From positions 1-41,635 of the IMG/VR virus record IMGVR_UViG_3300045988_169872: a stretch of 41,635 nucleotides of DNA. One strand, written 5' to 3'. Position numbers and translations under genes: made by a program. Of this stretch, positions 7,858-16,083 are shown piece by piece (the stretch's first letter is position 1; each line of letters begins with the position of its first letter). The notes beneath the pieces are model-generated. The model worked only from the letters and a program-made list of their open reading frames with translations, had not been told where the DNA came from and ran no database searches. Source of the DNA: a virus.

Positions 7858-8529
7858 TTAGAGCGAGTGCGTGTTACAGCAGCCGACACACCGTCCAACT
7901 ATCACGATGTTGGACGTGTCCTTCACTACCATCTTTTCATATTTTGGATTATCCGACAAAAAATATACTGATCCGTCAGGGTTCATCTGTATCCGATATA
8001 TGAATGCCGAACCCTGATACGTCATGGCGTATATGCCGTTGGCGGTGAAAGTGTTTTGCGAGATGTCAACGACGACTGATCCGCCTTGGAGAATTTCTGG
8101 CTCCATGTTGTCCGATGGCGCAGAGAATAGCTTTAGCGCACTGGGCTTGGATGTGGAAAGAGCTTGTTCGTACAGCCAATCTTCTTTGCACTCCATCAGC
8201 CTGATTTTGCTCAATTCCTGAATGCGCATCAGGTTGTACTCTTTCCGCGCCTCAAGCGCTGTAATGCGCACGTACCCCGTAGCTTCAGGCGTTTCCGCTG
8301 CAACTACAAAATTTGGCGCTTCCTTATCCAGGCTTTGCAGGGGAAGCCCCAGTTTAGGTTCTATGTCACGAGCGATCTTTGAGCCGAAGGACTTGGTGCC
8401 GTTGAGCATACTGCTTATTTGTTGGACGCTCTTTTGAGTCTTCCTGGCAACAGCAGCGGCTCCACCTAACTCATCGGCGATACGTCGCAGATTAACCCGG
8501 CGACGAGCTGTCAGTTCATCATCAACCAT
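7858..8529 (-). CDS. CI-like repressor: N-terminal HTH plus C-terminal S24 (LexA-like) fold that appears catalytically inactive
   Basis: HTH region AAAVARKTQKSVQQISSMLNGTKSFGSKIARDIE. The C-terminal S24-like fold shows SDNMEP where GDSMxP is expected, and AFIYRI where FKKL/VKRL is expected. GAGGAGG Shine-Dalgarno upstream. Confidence 0.8.
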   Translation of the reverse strand: MVDDELTARRRVNLRRIADELGGAAAVARKTQKSVQQISSMLNGTKSFGSKIARDIEPKLGLPLQSLDKEAPNFVVAAETPEATGYVRITALEARKEYNLMRIQELSKIRLMECKEDWLYEQALSTSKPSALKLFSAPSDNMEPEILQGGSVVVDISQNTFTANGIYAMTYQGSAFIYRIQMNPDGSVYFLSDNPKYEKMVVKDTSNIVIVGRCVGCCNTHSL

Positions 8530-8560
8530 TATTTGTCCTCCTCTTAGTCCGGCTAGGTCA

Positions 8561-8659
8561 AATTATGGGTTAGATTGTCGCACAAAGTCTAGGAAAGTTT
8601 TGCGCCGTATTGGTTGACTTTTGGGGAATGTGTGGGGTAGTATTCCAGTACCCATAATT
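8561..8659. promoter_or_regulatory. Immunity-region operators: 10-bp inverted pair AATTATGGGT (8561-8570) and ACCCATAATT (8650-8659)
   Basis: Exact reverse complements. One lies 32 bp upstream of the repressor ATG; the other lies immediately downstream of the PR-like -10. Confidence 0.5.
8614..8643 (+). promoter_or_regulatory. PR-like sigma70 promoter for the rightward early operon
   Basis: TTGACT (8614-8619), 18-nt spacer, TAGTAT (8638-8643), upstream of the cro-like gene. Confidence 0.55.
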
Positions 8660-8681
8660 GAACTAAAACGGAGTAGCTCTC

Positions 8682-8915
8682 ATGCTTCCCTCTGCATCGC
8701 AGTATTTCCGCTCCCTTGCGTCGGTCGAGAAAAAGGCCATTTGCAAAAAGTGCGGGATCAAACTCAACTATTTTTACAACATCGTCAACCACCCGGAACG
8801 TCGTGTGTCCGTCACGCTTGCTTGCAAACTCGAAGAGGCAACGCGCCGGCAGGTTTCCCGTCGGGCGATTCTTCCTCAGATCGATTGGGAACTCATTGAA
8901 AGCACGGGCAAGTAG
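8682..8915 (+). CDS. Cro-like / YdaS-family small DNA-binding protein
   Basis: Divergent from the repressor. KKAICKKCGIKLNYFYNIVNHPERRVSVTLACKLEEAT resembles YdaS/Cro-type HTH proteins. Confidence 0.7.
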   Translation: MLPSASQYFRSLASVEKKAICKKCGIKLNYFYNIVNHPERRVSVTLACKLEEATRRQVSRRAILPQIDWELIESTGK

Positions 8916-8929
8916 CCGGGAGGCTCGCC

Positions 8930-9742
8930 ATGAACTACGTTCAGTTTCACGTAGGTGACTGGGATTCGAGCACGCGACTTTTGTCGCCACTCGAAAAGGG
9001 TGTCTACATAGATTTGTTGATGCTCTACTACTCGGTCGAGCGTCCGCTTATGCGTTCGGAATGCGAACGCATCTCCCGAGCATATGCGCCGGAAGAGAAA
9101 GCCGCACTGGAATATGTGCTTGACCGCTTTTTCCATCGTGAAGGTGACGTTTATGCGCATCGCCGGTGCGATGAAGAGATTGCCAAGGCCGCGGAGAAGT
9201 CCGAGAAGGCCGCGAAGTCTGCTCAAGCCCGATGGAATAAGGGCTCAAGGGGAAAGAAAGCCTCAGACGCAAATGCAAACGACATGCAAAACGGATGCAC
9301 TTGCAATGCGGACGCAGATGCGAACGGAATGCAAACGCATAGCGAACGCAATGCGGACGCAATGCTAACCAATAACCAAGAACCAATAACCAACAAAGAG
9401 ACAGAAAGAAAGAAGAAAGAAAAGCGGCAGGCAATCACGCACGCATTCAACCTCGACACCCTGCCCGAAGACTGGCGGACGTTCTGCGAGCAGCTTCGGC
9501 CTGACCTCAACCCCGACACAGTCTTTGCCAGCTTCTCGGGCTACTACCGTATCGGCAAGGGCAAGGACACCATGCGTAGCGGCAAGGGATGGAATCAGTC
9601 GTGGCTCAACTGGGTCAAGCGCGAGAAAGAAATCACATCGAGAAAGCCCGCGGGATCAAACGCACACCAACAACCTGAAGTTTTTGACGAGGCCTACTAC
9701 CAGGGATCGATGAATCCGGACGGTACGGCCAATTGGGGGTAA
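8930..9742 (+). CDS. DUF1376 (YdaU-like) replication-associated protein with a low-complexity linker
   Basis: N-terminal MNYVQFHVGDWDSSTRLLSPLEKGVYIDLLMLYY is the DUF1376 signature. GGGAGG Shine-Dalgarno. Followed by a DnaC-like loader. Confidence 0.8.
   Translation: MNYVQFHVGDWDSSTRLLSPLEKGVYIDLLMLYYSVERPLMRSECERISRAYAPEEKAALEYVLDRFFHREGDVYAHRRCDEEIAKAAEKSEKAAKSAQARWNKGSRGKKASDANANDMQNGCTCNADADANGMQTHSERNADAMLTNNQEPITNKETERKKKEKRQAITHAFNLDTLPEDWRTFCEQLRPDLNPDTVFASFSGYYRIGKGKDTMRSGKGWNQSWLNWVKREKEITSRKPAGSNAHQQPEVFDEAYYQGSMNPDGTANWG
9273..9365. repeat. Iteron-like array: about 9 tandem units of about 11 bp (consensus AATGCRRACGC)
   Basis: ATGC recurs at 9273, 9284, 9295, 9306, 9318, 9329, (ATAGC at 9339), 9351 and 9362. 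An exact 14-mer GCAATGCGGACGCA occurs at 9303-9316 and 9348-9361. Confidence 0.7.
9367..9424. repeat. AACCAATAACCAA x2 (9367-9379, 9381-9393) followed by a 30-nt polypurine tract
   Basis: Read directly: aaccaataaccaagaaccaataaccaac, then aaagagacagaaagaaagaagaaagaaaag. Confidence 0.7.
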
Positions 9743-9748
9743 GCAACC

Positions 9749-10588
9749 ATGCAGACATTTTCAGCCATCATCGAATCCTCGCAGGACGCAGTCCCTCTGC
9801 CGATCCGCAGGGGCGCCGTTTTGAACTGCGCAATTCACGGACCGTATAACGGTATTCAGACAGTTTTGGGCGGGCAGGTCGTGTGTGAGTCTCAGTGTCC
9901 TGAGTGCGCACTGATCGAACGTAAACGCCGCCAGGCAGAGCGTGAGGCCTACGAAAAGGCTAAGAAAGCGGCCGAAGCCCGCGACCGCATCGAGGAGGCA
10001 TTACGGCGCTCCTGCATCCCGGCCGAATACCGCACCAAAACATTCTCGAACTTTCTGGCCGAGACGAAAAACCAACAAGGCGCGCTGGACCTCGCCTGCC
10101 GGTTCGTGCGCGGTTGGGAAAAAGCGAAAGAGACCGGCTACGGACTCTTTTTCTTCGGTAACCCGGGGACCGGCAAAAGTCATTTGGCGTGCGCCATTCT
10201 TCATGCCCTTTTGCCGCGGTCAGAAGGCGTCTATACGCGCGCTACAGACATCATCCAATACGTCCGTAGCACCTGGAGCGGAAAAAGCGACAGAACGAGT
10301 TTTGACGCAATTCGGCTTTTCTCGGAGGTCTCCCTGCTTGTGATTGATGAGGTCGGTGTCCAGGCCGGCACCGAAAACGAGAAGCAGATTCTTTTTTCGA
10401 TCATCGACAGCCGGATTTCAGAAAACCGCCCGACGATTTTCCTCTCGAATCTGCGCCCGGCAGACCTTAACAACGTTCTCGGGCCGCGCCTTGTGGACCG
10501 CATCCGCGGCAAGTGCGTCGCTTATCAGTTTTTAGGTAACTCAATGCGCCGGCCGCTTTCGGCTGACGTTTTCGGAGAGGCGGCATGA
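9749..10588 (+). CDS. DnaC/IstB-like AAA+ helicase loader
   Basis: Walker A FFFGNPGTGKSHLACAI, Walker B LLVIDEVG, plus an N-terminal Cys-rich segment CESQCPEC. Confidence 0.88.
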   Translation: MQTFSAIIESSQDAVPLPIRRGAVLNCAIHGPYNGIQTVLGGQVVCESQCPECALIERKRRQAEREAYEKAKKAAEARDRIEEALRRSCIPAEYRTKTFSNFLAETKNQQGALDLACRFVRGWEKAKETGYGLFFFGNPGTGKSHLACAILHALLPRSEGVYTRATDIIQYVRSTWSGKSDRTSFDAIRLFSEVSLLVIDEVGVQAGTENEKQILFSIIDSRISENRPTIFLSNLRPADLNNVLGPRLVDRIRGKCVAYQFLGNSMRRPLSADVFGEAA

Positions 10589-10866
10589 GCGCCGAAACTT
10601 TTCTTGCCCCTAACGCGAGTCTGATTTCGTGCGACGTCTTTGTCAGAGAAAAAGTACTCGGGCCGGAAGACGTGGTGTACGACTCTTGGCTCGTCGTTAT
10701 CAGCATTCCGGCGTACGTGCAGTGGACGCCTGCCGTCTGGGTGGGGCTCGATGAGGGCGAACGCAGACTGTGGCCGGTTCCGGCGGACTGGCGCATGACA
10801 GCAAAGGACTGCGAAAAGGTCGCTGTGGAATTTATCGAAAAACTCAAAAAGGAGGGATTGGCATGA
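10585..10866 (+). CDS. Hypothetical protein (93 aa)
   Basis: ATGA overlap with the dnaC-like stop. Confidence 0.6.
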   Translation: MSAETFLAPNASLISCDVFVREKVLGPEDVVYDSWLVVISIPAYVQWTPAVWVGLDEGERRLWPVPADWRMTAKDCEKVAVEFIEKLKKEGLA

Positions 10867-11048
10867 GCAACCCGAGGCACGTGCAGTTGAAGCCTGAGGA
10901 CGCCGCCAAGATCGTGGAAGTTCTCGCGGATGTTGAAACAACTGCGCCGCGATATTTCAAAAAACATGGTTTGTCTTTGCAGTTGATGCGGCTGAAGAGA
11001 GAAGTCCGTCGCGTTCACGCTCAGTACGGAAGGGAGGATGAGGAATGA
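10863..11048 (+). CDS. Hypothetical protein (61 aa, MSNPRHVQLKPED...)
   Basis: An internal ATG of track ORF 10770-11048 forms an ATGA overlap with the upstream stop. Confidence 0.55.
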   Translation: MSNPRHVQLKPEDAAKIVEVLADVETTAPRYFKKHGLSLQLMRLKREVRRVHAQYGREDEE

Positions 11049-11245
11049 AAACGCCTACCGGGGTCTCCCGTGCTGTCGCAGAGAAGCTGACTCGCGCTTA
11101 TAAGGTCGGCCACGACGTAGGGCTTAAAGGCTGGGCGCCGTCCGTAGAGGCTGAACAGTTCAAGACGAAATTAGAGCAGCGGTATTTCTGGCTGGGCGTC
11201 TGCGACGCTCAGGTCGAAAAGAACCACAGGGAGGACGAAGAATGA
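11045..11245 (+). CDS. Hypothetical protein (66 aa)
   Basis: ATGA overlap with the upstream stop. Confidence 0.6.
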   Translation: MKTPTGVSRAVAEKLTRAYKVGHDVGLKGWAPSVEAEQFKTKLEQRYFWLGVCDAQVEKNHREDEE

Positions 11246-11607
11246 AGCCCGCAATGAAACGTCTCTACGCCAAAGGGCGGCTGAAGCCCGGTGAGATGAA
11301 CGCGACTGAATCCGCCTACGCGGCTTTTCTGAAGGCAGAACAGCAGGCGGGGCGCATTGAGAAGTTTTGGTTCGAGTCCATGAAAGTCAAGATTGCCGCC
11401 GGGAAGTGCTGGTACACGCCCGACTTCATGGTGCTCCGGCCAAACGGTGAAATTGAACTTCACGAGGTCAAAGGGACGCTCGCCGTGTTTCAGGACGACG
11501 CCCGGGTAAAGGTGAAGGTGGCTGCGTCTCAGTACCCGTTCCGGATGTTTGTGGTCTTCCCAAAGGCGAAGCGTCAGGGGTGCGGGTGGAACATAGAGGA
11601 GTTTTAA
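11242..11607 (+). CDS. PD-(D/E)XK-type nuclease, DUF1064-like (candidate junction or nin-region nuclease)
   Basis: CWYTPDFMVLRPNGEIELHEVKG matches the D...E-x-K motif arrangement. ATGA overlap with the upstream gene. Confidence 0.6.
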   Translation: MKPAMKRLYAKGRLKPGEMNATESAYAAFLKAEQQAGRIEKFWFESMKVKIAAGKCWYTPDFMVLRPNGEIELHEVKGTLAVFQDDARVKVKVAASQYPFRMFVVFPKAKRQGCGWNIEEF

Positions 11608-11782
11608 ATGAATGAATCCATCGGAGTTAGCACTGTTCTCCCGCCCTTGGCTGCAGCTCTCCTTGTTTCAGCTGCCGATCATGCCCGAACGCTCCCCGTC
11701 GGAAGCCTGCAACGTGCCAAGATCATCGCCACGGCCGAAACCAAAGCACGCAACCTGTGCCCGTACGCATACCGTCGTGACG

Positions 11783-12013
11783 ATGATTGCGACAGTAGCC
11801 GACAACGGCGCGGTTATCGGTGAGGATCATTGGAACGCGAAGTACCTGGATTCGGATATTGAGCACGCCATAGAACTGAGGCAGGAGGGCTACACCTTCC
11901 GGGAAATTAGCCTGATGCTGGATATGCCGATTCGGACAATCCGGAGTTATGTGGATGGCTCCCGGCGCTGCCAATCTGTCGCCGGGTGGAAAAAGATCAA
12001 GAGGAGCGTATGA
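11783..12013 (+). CDS. Small HTH DNA-binding protein upstream of the terminase genes
   Basis: GEDHWNAKYLDSDIEHAIELRQEGYTFREISLMLDMPIRTIRSYVDGSRR is a recurrent phage HTH pattern. The start is uncertain: the track ORF begins at 11612 but its first 57 aa look non-proteinaceous. Confidence 0.55.
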   Translation: MIATVADNGAVIGEDHWNAKYLDSDIEHAIELRQEGYTFREISLMLDMPIRTIRSYVDGSRRCQSVAGWKKIKRSV

Positions 12014-12474
12014 CGGAAAAGAAACTGACGGTGAAGCAGCAGAAGTTTGCGAAGGCCGTCGCCGCTTCGAAGTCAGCGACTGAGGCGGCGATTAAGGCCG
12101 GATATTCGAAAAAGACGGCCGGGGCGATTGCCAGCGAGAACTTGAAAAAACCTAACATTCAAAAGGCCGTAGAGGAAGAGATCGACCGCGCCGCGGAAGC
12201 CGCCGGCGTCAACCCCGAGTACGTCTACCGAAAGCTGAAACAGATCATTGAAGTCAATACTCAGCTGATAGCGGACGGAGACGATGATGAACAAACGCTC
12301 GACAAGGACGGCAAACAGGTTTGGGTCATGGTCGATCCACTGGCCGCGAATCAGGCCGCCAAAACGCTCGGTGGCTTTCTCAAGATGGGTAAAGACAAGG
12401 CTGAAGAGGCTAAGGACGAAGCCCTTATGTCTTTGGCTGAGATTCTGCGGGAGAGAATAGGTGCCCTCAAGTAA
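12010..12474 (+). CDS. terS: Terminase small subunit (Terminase_2/P27-like)
   Basis: LTVKQQKFAKAVAASKSATEAAIKAGYSKKTAGAIASENLKKPNIQKAV. The ATG at 12010 forms an ATGA overlap, with GAGGAG upstream. Confidence 0.8.
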   Translation: MTEKKLTVKQQKFAKAVAASKSATEAAIKAGYSKKTAGAIASENLKKPNIQKAVEEEIDRAAEAAGVNPEYVYRKLKQIIEVNTQLIADGDDDEQTLDKDGKQVWVMVDPLAANQAAKTLGGFLKMGKDKAEEAKDEALMSLAEILRERIGALK

Positions 12475-14032
12475 GACGAAAAAGAAAGAGGCGGACGCCT
12501 TTTTGGTGCTGGATCGGATTGATTTGGACACGCCGGCGGGCGTCAATCAGGCTCTTGTAGAGGTCGCCGCCCAGACTTCAAAGGATCCTCTGAAGTTTGT
12601 ACAGATTGCCTTCCCGTGGGGCAAAGATACCCTCGCTGGATGGGACGGTCCGGACGTGTGGCAGGTGGATGTGCTCACGAGTATGAGGGACTATCTGCAA
12701 CGCGGGGATGAGGAGGGGGCCATTTCCGCCTACCTGGATGCGACGGCGGCCGGGCACGGTGTGGGAAAGTCCGCTCTCGTGGCTTGGATCACGCTGTGGA
12801 GCATGGCGACGTTCCCGGATACCCGCGGCATCGTCACGGCCAACACCGACACCCAGCTGCGAACTAAGACGTTTGCCGAAGTGACGAAGTGGTTCAATCT
12901 CTGTCTCTTCAAGTCGTGGTTCCGAATCTCGGCGACGTGCGTCTGTAGCCGACAGAAGGATCATGATAAGACGTGGCGCTTTGACGCGATCCCGTGGTCT
13001 GAGTCGCGTCCCGAAGGCTTTGCAGGGTTACACAACGCCCGAAAGCGCATCATGGTGATTTTCGATGAAGCCTCGGCCATTGCCGACATAATCTGGGAAG
13101 TCGTCGAAGGTGCCATGACCGATAAGGACACTCAGATTTTTTGGATGGTTTTCGGCAACCCGACGAGAAACACCGGGCGCTTCTACGAGTGCTTTAACAA
13201 GTACCGGCATCGTTGGGTGCATCGTCATGTGGATGGGCGGACGGCTATCGGTACGGACAAGAAAAAGATTGCGACGTGGATTCAGGACTACGGCATCGAC
13301 TCGGACTTTGTGCGAGTGCGTGTGCTGGGGCAGTTCCCGTCGGCGTCTTCGCTGCAGTTTATCCCGCGTGCCATAGTCGATGAGGCGATGCAACGACAGT
13401 TGGAGCACTGTTCCTACTATCGGCAGGTGGTGATTCTTGGCGTGGACGTGGCGCGGTTCGGTGACGACGCGTCTGTCATCTGTTGCAGGATCGGGACCGA
13501 TGCCCGGTCTTATCCGGCAAAAGAGTTCCGCGGACTGGACGGTTGGGAGTTGGCGGCGAAGATCGCTGAGGTCTACAACGAATTCCGACAGAAGGGCGCC
13601 CGAAAGGTTGTTATCAATGTGGACGCCGGCGGTGTGGGGGCGTCCCCGATTGACTGGCTGCGGCATAACGGTTATCCGGTGAACTCCATCAACTTCGGTG
13701 GCGGGGCAACGAATACCGAACGCTACAAGAATCTTCGAGCGGAAATGTGGGGGCGTGGGCGCGAATGGCTGAAGGCCGGCGGCTGTATCGAACAGAACGA
13801 CGATCTTGTGACGGACTTGACCGGGGTTGAGTACGGCTATACGCCGACGAATCAGATTCTGCTTGAAAGCAAAGAGAGTATGAAGGATCGCGGCCTGTCG
13901 TCTCCCGATCGCGCGGACGCGCTGATGCTCACGTTTGCCGTTCAAATGAATGAGTACCTGTCGGAGATGGGGCACGCTCAGCCGCGTAACGGTCGTCTGG
14001 GGGCGCATACCGTTCGGGACCCGTATGCATGA
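12461..14032 (+). CDS. terL: Terminase large subunit
   Basis: Walker A-like ATAAGHGVGKS, Walker B-like MVIFDEAS, and a C-terminal nuclease-like region ending DRADALMLTF. GTG start overlaps the terS end. Confidence 0.9.
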   Translation: MPSSKTKKKEADAFLVLDRIDLDTPAGVNQALVEVAAQTSKDPLKFVQIAFPWGKDTLAGWDGPDVWQVDVLTSMRDYLQRGDEEGAISAYLDATAAGHGVGKSALVAWITLWSMATFPDTRGIVTANTDTQLRTKTFAEVTKWFNLCLFKSWFRISATCVCSRQKDHDKTWRFDAIPWSESRPEGFAGLHNARKRIMVIFDEASAIADIIWEVVEGAMTDKDTQIFWMVFGNPTRNTGRFYECFNKYRHRWVHRHVDGRTAIGTDKKKIATWIQDYGIDSDFVRVRVLGQFPSASSLQFIPRAIVDEAMQRQLEHCSYYRQVVILGVDVARFGDDASVICCRIGTDARSYPAKEFRGLDGWELAAKIAEVYNEFRQKGARKVVINVDAGGVGASPIDWLRHNGYPVNSINFGGGATNTERYKNLRAEMWGRGREWLKAGGCIEQNDDLVTDLTGVEYGYTPTNQILLESKESMKDRGLSSPDRADALMLTFAVQMNEYLSEMGHAQPRNGRLGAHTVRDPYA

Positions 14033-14066
14033 TGTGCGCGTAGCCTGGTGAACGCTGTTGACAATG

Positions 14067-14091
14067 CCTCTCATCTTTGAGGGGCTTTTTT
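14067..14091 (+). terminator. Hairpin plus T-run directly before the tail-fibre genes
   Basis: CCTCTC-atcttt-GAGGGG followed by cTTTTTT. The 3' arm also serves as the SD for the ATG at 14092. Confidence 0.45.
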
Positions 14092-15105
14092 ATGGCTGTA
14101 GGGTATATCAAACGATTGGCAGGGCCTTATACCGGTGCCGGCACTACTGAGCTTCCGTTTGGATTCAAGATTTTTGAGCCGACGGATGTGTACGTTGCCG
14201 TTGCGGCTAATTCGGCAGATCCGCCCGTGCACCTTGTCTACGGCACGGATTACACCGTTTTCATGAACGAGAGTCAGGATGCTACACCCGGCGGTACCGT
14301 GACGCTGGTGGCTGCGCTCTCAGGAACTCAGGTTGCCGTGGTAGGTTCCGCTTTAGCGTATACCCAAGAAACGCAACTGACCAATTACAACCGATTCCCT
14401 CCGGAGATCGTCAATACGGCTTTAGACCGCATTGTCGTTCAGATTCAGCAGATTATCGAACAACTCGGACGCGTGCTTAAAGTCCCTGAAACGGCCGACA
14501 TAACGCCGGAAGAGTTGATTAAAAGCCTTCAGGACGCGGCTGAAACTGCAACGGTCATCGCTAAGGGCTACGCGGAAGCCGCCGCCGCGAGTGCGGCGGA
14601 TGCGAAGAAAAGTCGGGACGACATTCTCGAACATCAGCAAGAAGTCATCGACGCCATTACAACGGAAGGCGATAGGCAGTATCAGCGCCTTGTCACCGAG
14701 GGTAATACTCAGATCGACCGGATCAAGGCTGAGGCTGACAACACTCTGATCGTCAACGGCACGGGATGCGCCGAGAAATTTTGGGCGCTGTCGGCTGATA
14801 CGCCCGCTGGCACAGATATCGTCATCCCGTCAGGTATCAAGTACCTCGTGGACCGTCACCATCTACGAGTTGCTTGGAACGGCCTCGTTCTTGCTATCGG
14901 GCAGAACTTCACGGAAGTCGGGGCGCAGGATACGTTTTCCACCACGTTCCGCCTGACGTTTGACGCGAAGGCCGGGGACGAGCTGGATATTTGGATCGGC
15001 GCTCTCGGCAAGGGTGATGTGGCTGAAGCGCTGGCTTTGGCGGGCGAAGCGTCGGCGGCTGTGGCCGACTTGAGCCGTAAGGTTGTATACAAAGAAGAGG
15101 TTTAA
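14092..15105 (+). CDS. Tail fibre/spike protein with a conserved N-terminal anchor domain
   Basis: MAVGYIKRLAGPYTGAGTTELPFGFKIFEPTDVYV...GTDYTV...TQETQLTNYNRFPPEIVNTALDRIVVQIQQI matches the common podovirus fibre N-terminal pattern. Confidence 0.65.
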   Translation: MAVGYIKRLAGPYTGAGTTELPFGFKIFEPTDVYVAVAANSADPPVHLVYGTDYTVFMNESQDATPGGTVTLVAALSGTQVAVVGSALAYTQETQLTNYNRFPPEIVNTALDRIVVQIQQIIEQLGRVLKVPETADITPEELIKSLQDAAETATVIAKGYAEAAAASAADAKKSRDDILEHQQEVIDAITTEGDRQYQRLVTEGNTQIDRIKAEADNTLIVNGTGCAEKFWALSADTPAGTDIVIPSGIKYLVDRHHLRVAWNGLVLAIGQNFTEVGAQDTFSTTFRLTFDAKAGDELDIWIGALGKGDVAEALALAGEASAAVADLSRKVVYKEEV

Positions 15106-15107
15106 GA

Positions 15108-16079
15108 ATGGCAGAAAATCTCGTTAAGACTCAGCTGTACTCGCACGAAGGCAACGCGAATACGCCGCTTGCGCCATATACCGTTGCCGAAGCGGTGAAG
15201 GTGAACGACGTTGACGGCAACGCGTCTACCGTCGAAGCAGAAATCGTCGCGCTCCGAAAGGCTGTCGAAGCCACCGTCTCAAAGGGGCAGCACTTCCAAG
15301 GCGTGGTGAACTCTACGAGCGGCCTCCCGACTGTGAACTACAAAGCCGGTTGGCTTTACTCGGTGCAGGAAGCCGGCACCTACGCGGGTAATGTCTGCGA
15401 AGTCGGGGATTTGATTATCTGCATCAAGGATTACGCCTCTGGCGCTGCGAGTAACGCCGATTGGGCAGTGTTGCAGGCGAACTTAGACGGCGCAGTGACA
15501 GGGCCTTCCGCGAGTGTGGCGGCGCACGTCGTCGTCTTCGACGGCACGTCGGGCAAGCGAATCAAGGATTCGGGCTTTACGATCGCCGCAAACGTGCCCG
15601 CCAACGCGAAGTTCACCGACACGACGTACAACGCCGCCACTGATTCCGCCGATGGCCTTTTGACTGCCGCGCTTCATAAGAAGCTGGTAGGCATCGAGAC
15701 GGGCGCGGACAAGACGGACGCGGACAATGTGAAGGCCGCCGGTGCTTTCATGACGGCCACGAATACCGCCGACGATATCGCAGACGGTACGACGAAAGTC
15801 GTGATGACGGCCGCCGAGCGCACAAAACTCACGGGCATCGCGACGGGGGCAGAGGTCAATCAGAACGCTTTTGCCAAAGTGAAAGTCGGCACGACGACGC
15901 TCACGGCTACGGCGAAGCAAGACACCCTCGAAATCGAAGCCGGTGAAGGCGTAACGATCACCGCGTCCGGCAAGAAAGTGACGATCAAGGAAACGTACGT
16001 TGACTCGTGCGTCGTCTCGTCGCTTGACAACGTGCCCGCGAATCTCCGGAACGGCGGGCTTGTGATTCTCAAGAGTTGA
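15108..16079 (+). CDS. Tail fibre protein with phage fibre repeats
   Basis: Repeated LLTAALHKKLVGIETGADKTDADNV and MTAAERTKLTGIATGAEVNQNAF motifs. Confidence 0.65.
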   Translation: MAENLVKTQLYSHEGNANTPLAPYTVAEAVKVNDVDGNASTVEAEIVALRKAVEATVSKGQHFQGVVNSTSGLPTVNYKAGWLYSVQEAGTYAGNVCEVGDLIICIKDYASGAASNADWAVLQANLDGAVTGPSASVAAHVVVFDGTSGKRIKDSGFTIAANVPANAKFTDTTYNAATDSADGLLTAALHKKLVGIETGADKTDADNVKAAGAFMTATNTADDIADGTTKVVMTAAERTKLTGIATGAEVNQNAFAKVKVGTTTLTATAKQDTLEIEAGEGVTITASGKKVTIKETYVDSCVVSSLDNVPANLRNGGLVILKS

Positions 16080-16083
16080 CGCT

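Noticed and set aside
2900-8700. LexA box (CTGT-N8-ACAG) that would place the antirepressor or early promoters under SOS control.
   Set aside because: Visual scanning of the intergenic stretches (4290-4560, 4769-4815, 7653-7857, 8530-8681) found no match. The scan was not exhaustive.
9273-9365. Short tandem repeats that could be mistaken for a CRISPR-like or minisatellite array.
   Set aside because: The units are about 11 bp and contiguous with no spacers, and they lie inside a replication gene. They are interpreted as iterons.
11612-11782. N-terminal 57 aa of the 133-aa track ORF (MNPSELALFSRPWLQ...).
   Set aside because: The sequence is Pro/Ser/Arg-rich and looks like an out-of-frame read of the 11608 ORF. 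Only the C-terminal HTH part resembles known proteins.
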